Origin: a virus
Lineage: Duplodnaviria; Caudoviricetes
IMG/VR virus record: IMGVR_UViG_3300010163_000012
Location: 1-64,000 of that record
Direction: 5' to 3' (one strand)
DNA length: 64,000 bases
Shown here: positions 9,422 through 17,604 of the stretch, in pieces
How the letters are laid out: each line of letters begins with the position of its first letter
How positions within the stretch are numbered: position 1 is the first letter of the stretch
The notes under the pieces: generated by a model
Told to the model about the DNA's origin: nothing
Seen by the model: the letters and a program-made list of their open reading frames with translations, nothing else
The model's database searches: none
Translations under genes and position numbers: made by a program

Positions 9422-10955
9422 ATAAAACTCTTGCCATATTCACTTCTACGGCATTGCCTATATATTTTTTCTGCTCCGCCTTGGTTCCAACGAGAATATA
9501 ATCTTTAGGGAAACCCATTATCAACTTCAGCTCGTCAATCTTCAGCATACGCATTTTGATGTCGATGATGTTGTAGAGAGCCATAAATTCCTTAATCTTT
9601 ACAGTCATGGGGCTGTCAGTCTCATAAACTTCAATACAAATATCACCAGTTTCCGTTGTAATTAGATATGGGGGCCGTTTATCCATTTTGGCGATTAGAG
9701 TAAAGCACGGGTCTTCAACTGAACGACCAACAGAAGCAAACTGAGGGTTCATCAGAAATCTGTCGCAAGTAACGAGATTCTGTTTTGGGTTAGTGGTAAT
9801 GGAACCTGCAACAGAATCAACAGAAGTAGGTCTGCCATTTCCATATTGGTTATCAAGAAAATGACAGTGAACAAGAGTCAGTCTATCCTTACAAGTCAAT
9901 GTTGGGGCAGGATCATCTATGCTTCGATTATACCCATGCCCATAGTGTACTGACACAAACGCATGGTGATCCACACACGTTATTGTTCCTGCCGGTTCCT
10001 CTATTGAAACATTCTTGCTTTCTGGATGACCGCTAAATTGCTTAGACAGAAACGATACATGAGCAATACCGAGTCGATTCTGAGTAGTTACCACAGGGCA
10101 TGGATCGTCAAGTCCAGGAGCCTTATAACGACCATTGGCGCCCATAGAATTGTATTTGATAAGGAAAGCATCTTTGCCACCAGCCACAAACTTTATAAGG
10201 CCGGCATAAATTCGTTCAAGAGTTCTTTCAGCAAGAGGTTTCTCTCTGAAGATTGATTTGCCATAATCGTCAAGGTCAAGCACATCCTTAACCGGCATCA
10301 ACGGCTTCATAGAGGCATCAGATTTGCTATGTGTAGGCTTCGGGAATACAATCGGCAACCCAATCTTGGCGAATATGCCGAAAAAACGTTTGCGACTTGT
10401 ATATGCCCCATAATTGGCCGAATTGAAGATGCGATGCTGGAAGTTGTAACCGTAAGCCTTTACGCTGTTGACCCAGCGGAGATAACTCTTTCCCTTGTCT
10501 GTTAAAATGGGATGACCGTTTTCATCGATTTCTCCCCAACTCATAAACTCTTCGACATTCTCAATCTGAATGTAATCGGGGTTAAGAGTCTCAATATATC
10601 GGAATAGATGTTCAGCCAAAGTTCTACTATCTGCATCTCGTGGTTGCCCACCTTTAGCTTTAGAGAAGTTAGTACATTCCAGTGATGCCCACAACACAAC
10701 CAAAGCATTAGGATATTGCTCTTTATAGTATGCCAGATGAGCTTTCAAAGGAGCCAATTCCAATGTCCGAATATCTTCAGTAAAATGAAGAGCATCTGGA
10801 TGATTAGAAGAGTGAGAAGCAATCGCATTTTTATCATGGTTGACACACGCAATTACTTTCGCACATTTCCTTCCATTTATTCGTGCTTTCTCAACGCCTG
10901 TACTTGTGCCTCCAGCTCCACAGAATAAGTCAATATATAACAGTTGAATATTCAT
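9393..10955 (-). CDS. C5 cytosine DNA methyltransferase (orphan)
   Basis: DLFCGAGG (motif I), SLECTNFS (motif IV variant), IENV (VI), TSRKRFF (VIII), IGNAV (X). Confidence 0.9.
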   Translation of the reverse strand: MNIQLLYIDLFCGAGGTSTGVEKARINGRKCAKVIACVNHDKNAIASHSSNHPDALHFTEDIRTLELAPLKAHLAYYKEQYPNALVVLWASLECTNFSKAKGGQPRDADSRTLAEHLFRYIETLNPDYIQIENVEEFMSWGEIDENGHPILTDKGKSYLRWVNSVKAYGYNFQHRIFNSANYGAYTSRKRFFGIFAKIGLPIVFPKPTHSKSDASMKPLMPVKDVLDLDDYGKSIFREKPLAERTLERIYAGLIKFVAGGKDAFLIKYNSMGANGRYKAPGLDDPCPVVTTQNRLGIAHVSFLSKQFSGHPESKNVSIEEPAGTITCVDHHAFVSVHYGHGYNRSIDDPAPTLTCKDRLTLVHCHFLDNQYGNGRPTSVDSVAGSITTNPKQNLVTCDRFLMNPQFASVGRSVEDPCFTLIAKMDKRPPYLITTETGDICIEVYETDSPMTVKIKEFMALYNIIDIKMRMLKIDELKLIMGFPKDYILVGTKAEQKKYIGNAVEVNMARVLCEALCSAIH

Positions 10956-10968
10956 CTTTTACACCTTT

Positions 10969-11316
10969 CTAATCAAAATCCATCTCATTCAGACAAGTTT
11001 CAGGATAACACCAATCAAGCTCATTAAATAAGTCATCGCAGATTTTATGGTTATATTCACATAACCTTAGCAAGTCATTGTGGGAATACCAATCACATTT
11101 GTCTTTAGAACCACCGCACTCGTATTCAATGCCATCTATAACAATCGCATTATCTTCAGCGGCGTATTCCGGCACATAACACGGTGCATCCCAATCATTT
11201 TTGTAGGCTTCCTCATCTTTGAAGATGAAACCGTTATCACTTTGCCCGAATAGGAAATATGGCAGATCTTCATGCCAATGTACTTCTCCTATATCAGCTA
11301 TTTTTTTCGTGTCCAT
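10969..11316 (-). CDS. Acidic hypothetical protein
   Basis: ORF track. Confidence 0.6.
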   Translation of the reverse strand: MDTKKIADIGEVHWHEDLPYFLFGQSDNGFIFKDEEAYKNDWDAPCYVPEYAAEDNAIVIDGIEYECGGSKDKCDWYSHNDLLRLCEYNHKICDDLFNELDWCYPETCLNEMDFD

Positions 11317-11379
11317 ATTCTGAGAGTTTAGTAATGGAGCTCATCAAACACTTAAATGTATGGTGAGCTCCAATCCATA

Positions 11380-12477
11380 TTATTTACTTCTCCACTCGTT
11401 CATCTTAGCCTCGATGTCAATGCCATTGTTGGAAATAAGTTCCTTCATGGCGCCGAACATACGCCATCCTTCTCTGTTTTTATAAGCTTCAGCGAGTTTG
11501 TCAAGCTCACGGAGAGACGATGATTCAACCAAAGGATTGCCTTTTGCACTGAGCATCTTACAACCGTGAAACATAATAAGGTTCCGCATGGTAAAATAAC
11601 CGCCAGCACCTTTATATGCGTCTTTAAACGCCGGACTCATCGTCAAGCAATAGGGGGAATAATATTCTTTCACGATTCTATAGAATCCAATAACAGCATG
11701 GTAGAGATCGGCCATGTTTTTGGCACGTTTGACCATGTTCTCGTACTTTTCCAAAGGAGCGAACACTTTCTTTCGTAAATCGGAAACGAAAATATCATTA
11801 CCGCTAAGTGTAATGTAAGGATTTCCTTTACAGCGTTTACACTTCTTTTTCTTCAACTCAACGTGTTCATTGAGTTGTTTTAGATAATCAGCCGCCATAT
11901 CACCGACAACCTTCTTATTAAACCAACGATTGCGTTGGATGAAGTTCTCTTGGTCGAGCATTTCCAGCTTAGCCTGTACACGGATTTCTTCGATGAGCAT
12001 TTCCCAACTGTAACGGAAACCTTTGCGCTGAAGAGCAGTAAGAAATCCGATTGGTCGATTAGAACCCCATTCTTTCTGAGTGAGCATGTGGAATACCTGA
12101 GCCATCACCCATCGACGGAACAGACGACGGTTAGGAATCGTTCCACCTTTGATGATAGCGATGATGATTGGATCATCATCAGTCAGGAACGTTGTGTTTC
12201 CATTCTCAATACGAGCGATAGTTTCAACACCTTCAGCGTTAGTAACTGCAAAGAGGTTGGTCACGTCGATACCAGCGGCTTTCATAGCCTGAATTTTCTT
12301 TGATGCTTTCATTTTGGTTTTGTTTTTATAATTTGATTCACTCTCTGATGCAAGAGGGAGCGCAACCGTACCAAGATCACTGTCTTTGCCAATAGCTATA
12401 CCGGCAACAAACGATTCATGTTCTGGGATTGCGATTTCAGAGCCACATTTAGGGCATACAACTTTTGTTTCTTTCAT
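11380..12477 (-). CDS. Hypothetical protein (365 aa, N-terminal CPKC Zn knuckle)
   Basis: Long ORF; second gene downstream of the RT-associated array. Confidence 0.75.
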   Translation of the reverse strand: MKETKVVCPKCGSEIAIPEHESFVAGIAIGKDSDLGTVALPLASESESNYKNKTKMKASKKIQAMKAAGIDVTNLFAVTNAEGVETIARIENGNTTFLTDDDPIIIAIIKGGTIPNRRLFRRWVMAQVFHMLTQKEWGSNRPIGFLTALQRKGFRYSWEMLIEEIRVQAKLEMLDQENFIQRNRWFNKKVVGDMAADYLKQLNEHVELKKKKCKRCKGNPYITLSGNDIFVSDLRKKVFAPLEKYENMVKRAKNMADLYHAVIGFYRIVKEYYSPYCLTMSPAFKDAYKGAGGYFTMRNLIMFHGCKMLSAKGNPLVESSSLRELDKLAEAYKNREGWRMFGAMKELISNNGIDIEAKMNEWRSK

Positions 12478-12491
12478 TGTGATACGTTTTA

Positions 12492-12956
12492 TTATTTGTT
12501 GTTAATTTCTATCCATTGTTTGAGAATGATAAGTGAAGGGTGCTTCTGGGACTGCCAGAACCACTTGCCTTTAGCAAAATCATCCCAATTCAAATGCTTA
12601 TTCAGTATTGCGATGAGGAGATACAACTCCAAACGCAACTGAGAAAGTTCTCGACTTTCCCCATAGAGCATGTCGTTTTCAGAAAGTTCATGCTCCGGCA
12701 ATGCACGGAAGTAGCGTTTGTGCTTAGCTTCGCTACGTGCAGACGGGACACTGTGGAGATACTGCCAGTAATATCCCTCAATTGTTGTGAGAATGTCATT
12801 TACTGGAATGTTTGTATCTTGTCCAAGATCACCTTCATATTCACCTTCCTTGATAATGTATTTCTTATCAATTAAGAGATTACGCTTTTCCAAATTAATT
12901 CTGAAGGTGGAACCATTATGGATTTTTTCTTGCGCTTCGTTCCAAATATTTTCCAT
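12492..12956 (-). CDS. Hypothetical protein (154 aa), first gene after the RT-associated array
   Basis: Starts ~33 bp from the end of the array. Confidence 0.75.
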   Translation of the reverse strand: MENIWNEAQEKIHNGSTFRINLEKRNLLIDKKYIIKEGEYEGDLGQDTNIPVNDILTTIEGYYWQYLHSVPSARSEAKHKRYFRALPEHELSENDMLYGESRELSQLRLELYLLIAILNKHLNWDDFAKGKWFWQSQKHPSLIILKQWIEINNK

Positions 12957-12988
12957 TGAGAGTTGATTAAAAAGATGTATTCAAAATT

Positions 12989-14336
12989 TGTGACGTAGTT
13001 CTTTAATCGAATCGATAGACAACAGGTTGTTTGAATCCGGACGAAATCAGGATATAATCCTGACTGAGTCCGGATGATTATCACCTGTTGATTAAATCAA
13101 ATTCCTTATACATCAGATGTTACGTTACATGTTTAATTGCGCTCAGATCTTTGACACATAACTATACCGCTTTGATGTGGTGAGCGGGTCGGCACGCGTT
13201 CAAGCATCCGCAGATGCTGTCAGAACGCGTGCTTACACCCGCAGCACTGAATAATAGTCACTTGCGTAATTGATACTGTGTTGTATTTGTTGTCAGCCTC
13301 ATCAGCTTGGCACATTTCTTTATGCGTTTCGATTTGAGAGCTGGTACCGAAGGCGAGTAAATCCAGGTTTCTAACCTGGATTGGATAGCCTTCGTTTGAA
13401 CCAGCTCTTATAAAGGTGCTGCCTTGACTAACAAAGTTGTGCTTGAATATTATGGTTCTCAAAACTGTGATGCTTCACTTTATTAGTTTCGATGTGTGCG
13501 GCCAGACAAGCGGTGAAGCGCCGGCGCAAACAGTTGATAAACTGTTTTGCCGGCTCGAACGGCGAGTTTTGGCCGCCAGACTAAATGTTAGTTTCTTGAA
13601 CCAAGCCAGCTGCATTGCTGAGATTTCTAAGATATGAGTTGCACATAACTATATTGGAGCCGATATAAAGAAGACTCGCCAGATCCGACGAGTTGGAGGT
13701 GAGACGAAAGGATCTCCTCTCTACCCGTCGGATCTGGTTAAAGTCTTCTATATTAAAATTTCATATCCTATAATCTATCCTGTGCGGATGCCCAAATATT
13801 TGTGATTGTCAGGAGTTTTGTATGGTTCTATAATAGTTTCGATGAATATGATCTGCTTCATCGATAAACGGTCCAGTAAGATAATTACTCGGACCTTATC
13901 GAATGAAGGAGATCATATCTGAAATAATCACCATTCAATCACACATTCTGCATACTCAGATTAAGAAGTCAAACTTTCTTGTGTATATCTTCAAAAGTAT
14001 CGATATTTGAAATATGTGCTTTTGACTTCGATCGGTCTTGGGGGCACATAGTGTCTCTCAAGACTGGAGAGAGTCGAAATGCTAAGTATTTCAGTATTAA
14101 ATTGAAAGATATTCTTCTTATGCCATACACTTGGATATTTTCACTGAAAGTCGATGCTGTGGTGCATTTCTATAATTGTTTCGATATTAAGACGTATTCA
14201 TACGTGTCTGTGAGCGTCATCTCGGTACAGGATTCAGAAGTCTCTTCTGAATACAAAGCTGAGATGATGCGTAACTGGACAGCATTGAAGACGTCTAATT
14301 TGAATTGAGCATCCTCCTTTTCAGTATATTGCACTA
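12989..14336. repeat. Tandem array of 8 structured non-coding units (conserved motif, unique long hairpin, closing inverted repeat) adjacent to an RT
   Basis: Motif CTWTAWNNGWWTCGAT starts at 13001, 13162, 13318, 13478, 13649, 13828, 13989 and 14170. Hairpins at 13020-13090, 13180-13247, 13335-13410, 13498-13576, 13669-13749, 13846-13918, 14008-14093 and 14190-14296. No credible ORF. Confidence 0.85.
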
Positions 14337-15617
14337 TTAAAGTTCTTCGACTAATGTTGCATAAGCCTCACGACTTGTCAAGAGTGCGTTCCTCATACAA
14401 CAAATGGTTAAATATCCAGGTATTTCTTTAGCTGTCTTAATGCGATTTGCCGTTACATTTCTCCCTTGTCCTCGTTGAATACAACCGTCAACTTTGGTTG
14501 CTACATAGCCGAGACCGCCAATTTTCTTCTTGCCAGTTTTTACAGCTCTTAGGCAATCCATTACGAATTTATTCAATTCGTTGATGTCACAGATAACATT
14601 ACAGATTGGAAGTATTTGTGTTGCCCAACTAAACTTGCCATTCCCCTTATACAAGTAACTGTTTATAGAATTGATGGCTTTAGTTAGCGTAACACCTTTC
14701 TTCTTAATTGTACGTTGCTCAATCTCCTTCTGGAAAGTTTTAATTCGAGACCCGCTTAGAGAAATAAATTCGCCTTTAATGGAAAAGCCAAGAAACTTAA
14801 ACCATTTCGTATGTGTAAGATATTCCACTTTCTTCGGATTAAGTTTCATTTCCATTTTAGCAAGTTCTTCCGTAAGCACATTCATAGCAGTGGCATATCC
14901 AGTTCCAATAAAAAGCATATCATCAGAATATCGAACATAAAAGCCGCCAATATTCGCCAATTTCTCATCTATATGATAAAGAAGAACATCGGCCAACCAT
15001 GAAGCAACAGCACAGCCTTGTTTAAGAGACTGATACATTTGGAGTAAAATCCCTTTCATATCAAAATAGTAATCACTATGATAATACTTCCTCAGTACAT
15101 CTATCAATGCAGAGTGTCCATATTTTTGCTCAACTGCATCAAACGCCCCATCAATAAATTTGATAGGCACGCTATCAAAGTATTTACTAAGGTCAGACTT
15201 CCAACCGATGATTTCACCTTTAGTCTCGCAAATTTTCCTTGAAACATCCTGAACAATCTTGCCACACCCAGTGCCTTTTTGATAGGATTTGCAACTCGGA
15301 TGGACCATTTCTGGAGTCAGTTCAAAAAGCAAGTCATTGGCAATACTCAAAAGTATTCGGTCCATCGGCTCATTGACATAGACCGTTCTAAACTCACCGT
15401 TGTCTTTGGGAATTTGAGCCGTATGAGGCGGTGCTATCTCATATTTACCACTTTTGATGGCGTGGTACATTCGAGCCCTCATCTCTGGCTTTGCCAATTG
15501 ATAAAGGTCTCGGCGGCTTATATCTTTGCCAACACCTTTATCAATGGCATATTCCCATCGTTCAAGTTCAAAGAACTTTTCTAATATAATATCTGCCATT
15601 TCATTTTCGTTTTTCAA
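14337..15617 (-). CDS. Reverse transcriptase (426 aa), unclassified lineage
   Basis: IPKDNGEFRTV, SDLSKYFDSV, LKQGCAVAS, YVRYSDD (YxDD), LNPKK and FLGF motifs; ~140-aa C-terminal thumb/extension. The start could be TTG 15617 or ATG 15599. Confidence 0.95.
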   Translation of the reverse strand: MKNENEMADIILEKFFELERWEYAIDKGVGKDISRRDLYQLAKPEMRARMYHAIKSGKYEIAPPHTAQIPKDNGEFRTVYVNEPMDRILLSIANDLLFELTPEMVHPSCKSYQKGTGCGKIVQDVSRKICETKGEIIGWKSDLSKYFDSVPIKFIDGAFDAVEQKYGHSALIDVLRKYYHSDYYFDMKGILLQMYQSLKQGCAVASWLADVLLYHIDEKLANIGGFYVRYSDDMLFIGTGYATAMNVLTEELAKMEMKLNPKKVEYLTHTKWFKFLGFSIKGEFISLSGSRIKTFQKEIEQRTIKKKGVTLTKAINSINSYLYKGNGKFSWATQILPICNVICDINELNKFVMDCLRAVKTGKKKIGGLGYVATKVDGCIQRGQGRNVTANRIKTAKEIPGYLTICCMRNALLTSREAYATLVEEL

Positions 15618-15848
15618 TTAAAACCACCGCAAAAGTCTGGGTGTTTCCCAATAATAGTATTTCTCCGGGCAAAAGTCTCTCAACGCAGTGACCACCTTGT
15701 TTTTCAAATTAGTCTTTTTCAAGTATAATTGTCCTTTACTTAAAGTATAGTCACGAGTCTTCTTTAATCCTAATAAAGAAAGTATTGTTGGAACACACTG
15801 TTCAAATTCAGCGACTGCTTTTTCTGCTGATTTCGACATGATTACCAA
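15618..15848 (-). CDS. Small basic protein abutting the RT start
   Basis: Stop codon directly adjacent to the RT TTG. Confidence 0.6.
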   Translation of the reverse strand: MVIMSKSAEKAVAEFEQCVPTILSLLGLKKTRDYTLSKGQLYLKKTNLKNKVVTALRDFCPEKYYYWETPRLLRWF

Positions 15849-16656
15849 TGATAATCTAATACACTATTGATATAAAATACGGTGCCGGGCTTTGCATCGT
15901 TTAGAAGCTCCAGAAATTCTCTTGGATAACACGATGAATTACCACTCCAATCAGAAAGACAGAAAAGAGTATAGCCCGCAAAGGATTGGTTAATGGTTTT
16001 TCTCAATTGATATGTATTGCACTCCCTATTTTCGATAAGTGATTGGAGTGCTTTTTGTAACTCTTGGTACCACTTATCCTTTATAGTTTCAATATTACCG
16101 TTATACACAATGGTGTCAGGCTTTTCACCACGAGAAAACAAATCTGAAAACCAACTTGAACTATATAAATCTTCAATGGCTTCTGTGCGCTCTTGACCAC
16201 TCAACAATGTCGTGTAGTCCACATGATTGTCTTCATAAAAATTGCTTTCTACGGCCCAATCATCAGGATCCATCTGATTTTGGGTTATTTCATAAATTGT
16301 ACTGTGCATAATTATAAATTTAAATTGTCCAACAAATCGTCATGCAAATTATTAGGGCATCGCTCGTCAAACCAATGCCAAACATCAAACTTAGAAACAC
16401 CTGCTGAAAAGCAGATGAAGTCAGATGTGATGTTATCATCTTCATCCACATCCACATCTGCAAAATCTTCCCACAACTCCAGCAATGATTTTGCTTGTAT
16501 ATGTTGTTCGCAATCGCAACACCAATCTGTTTCGTTATCTGTGTCATTATAGTTCCACCGTTTAAAATAACGAGTGTTCGAGTCCAACCAAGCTAAACTT
16601 TCAATTCTTGTATGTCCACATATAGGACAATATAATGTGTTTAAAGTATGCTCCAT
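15842..16656 (-). CDS. Two acidic hypothetical genes (15842-16309, 16312-16656)
   Basis: Closely packed ORFs; the second has CxxC pairs. Confidence 0.6.
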
Positions 16657-16858
16657 ATCCTCATTTTAGTTTATATATCGTTTACCCCGCAGATTTGTAC
16701 ATTATCTATCTTGCAACGACTGTCTTCCGAAAGCCTCACATTTACTTGTGCAAAGTCATCCGCTATTTCAGAATCTAACAGTGCATAATTGTCTGGTACG
16801 TCTAAATCTATACGCACCGTTATATACATAGTTCTATTTCCCATGTTATTAATATTTA

Positions 16859-16883
16859 GCCGGGCCAGAAAAACTGGCCCGGC
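16859..16883. other. GC-rich hairpin downstream of a DGR-type variable region
   Basis: GCCGGGCCAG-AAAAA-CTGGCCCGGC, a perfect 10-bp stem 15 nt past the stop codon of 16899-17567. Confidence 0.7.
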
Positions 16884-16898
16884 AATGAAGAATAAAGA

Positions 16899-17567
16899 TT
16901 AAACTGATAAGGCTACAGCAGGGCGAACAACGATAGCGCCGTACTTGCCGTAGTTGAGGCTGTAACCACTGTAGAAATACACGTTCCACGAGCTGTGGGC
17001 CGAGTTCTCAGCGGATGACCAGTACCAAACTTTTCTCATCGGGGAACCTCCAACAGCCTCCAGCGCTTGATTCACCTCTTTAATATTCAAGAGGATAAGA
17101 TGAAGCTGAGCGAGAGACGGGATGTACTGTCCTTCTTCCAAGCCGATTTCGGGATTGAGAGCTTCACCATAATCTTTGGTATTGGCTTCGCCATCCCAGT
17201 CTGTGATAGCATCATAAAAATCTGGACGGAAAAACTTCGATGTTCCACATGATTCGCCATTAATGAGTGCTACATCTTCACCACCTGCGGCATCGTGAAG
17301 AGCAACTGTAGCGATTTTGTCGCCCATCTTAACAGCCACGCCAATCACTTGCTCGGCTATTGAATCCGAGTCATCAGTCGTTGTAAGATGTCCATCCTTC
17401 AGGACATAATAAATACCGTCAGACCAGAACTGCTGCATTGGCTGAATTGATACCGGCTCATCACCGGTTACGAAGTCGAATACTTTCTTTGCTTTGTCAA
17501 CATCGAAATTGAGATTTGCCACGATGGACATTCTGAGCTTTTGAATTTCTGTAAGATTTACTTCCAT
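16899..17567 (-). CDS. C-type-lectin-fold (DUF1566-like) protein, probable DGR target
   Basis: YIPSLAQL...WYWSSAE...WNVYF..G......K......VRP pattern. The C-terminal ~16917-17028 is rich in NNC/NNT codons, as expected from AAY mutagenesis. Confidence 0.75.
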   Translation of the reverse strand: MEVNLTEIQKLRMSIVANLNFDVDKAKKVFDFVTGDEPVSIQPMQQFWSDGIYYVLKDGHLTTTDDSDSIAEQVIGVAVKMGDKIATVALHDAAGGEDVALINGESCGTSKFFRPDFYDAITDWDGEANTKDYGEALNPEIGLEEGQYIPSLAQLHLILLNIKEVNQALEAVGGSPMRKVWYWSSAENSAHSSWNVYFYSGYSLNYGKYGAIVVRPAVALSV

Positions 17568-17604
17568 TGTAATTTAATTTTGTTTATAAAATAGGGTTAT
17601 TCTT

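Noticed and set aside
12872-14308. Short ORFs inside the array (12872-13084, 13220-13462, 13437-13637, 13979-14308)
   Set aside because: Mixed strands, atypical composition, and they cross the structured units; likely spurious.
12989-14336. CRISPR array
   Set aside because: No identical repeats, a ~165-bp period, internally base-paired variable parts and no cas genes in the window.
12989-15617. Group II intron or standard single retron
   Set aside because: No domain V/VI signature seen after the ORF and the structure repeats eight times. The RT lacks the retron VTG motif, and the ncRNA-like region is downstream and multimeric.
14337-17567. Complete DGR cassette (this RT plus the CLec target)
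   Set aside because: No adenine-variant template repeat or recognisable Avd was found, and the RT lacks the DGR SQ motif. Kept only as an orphan target.
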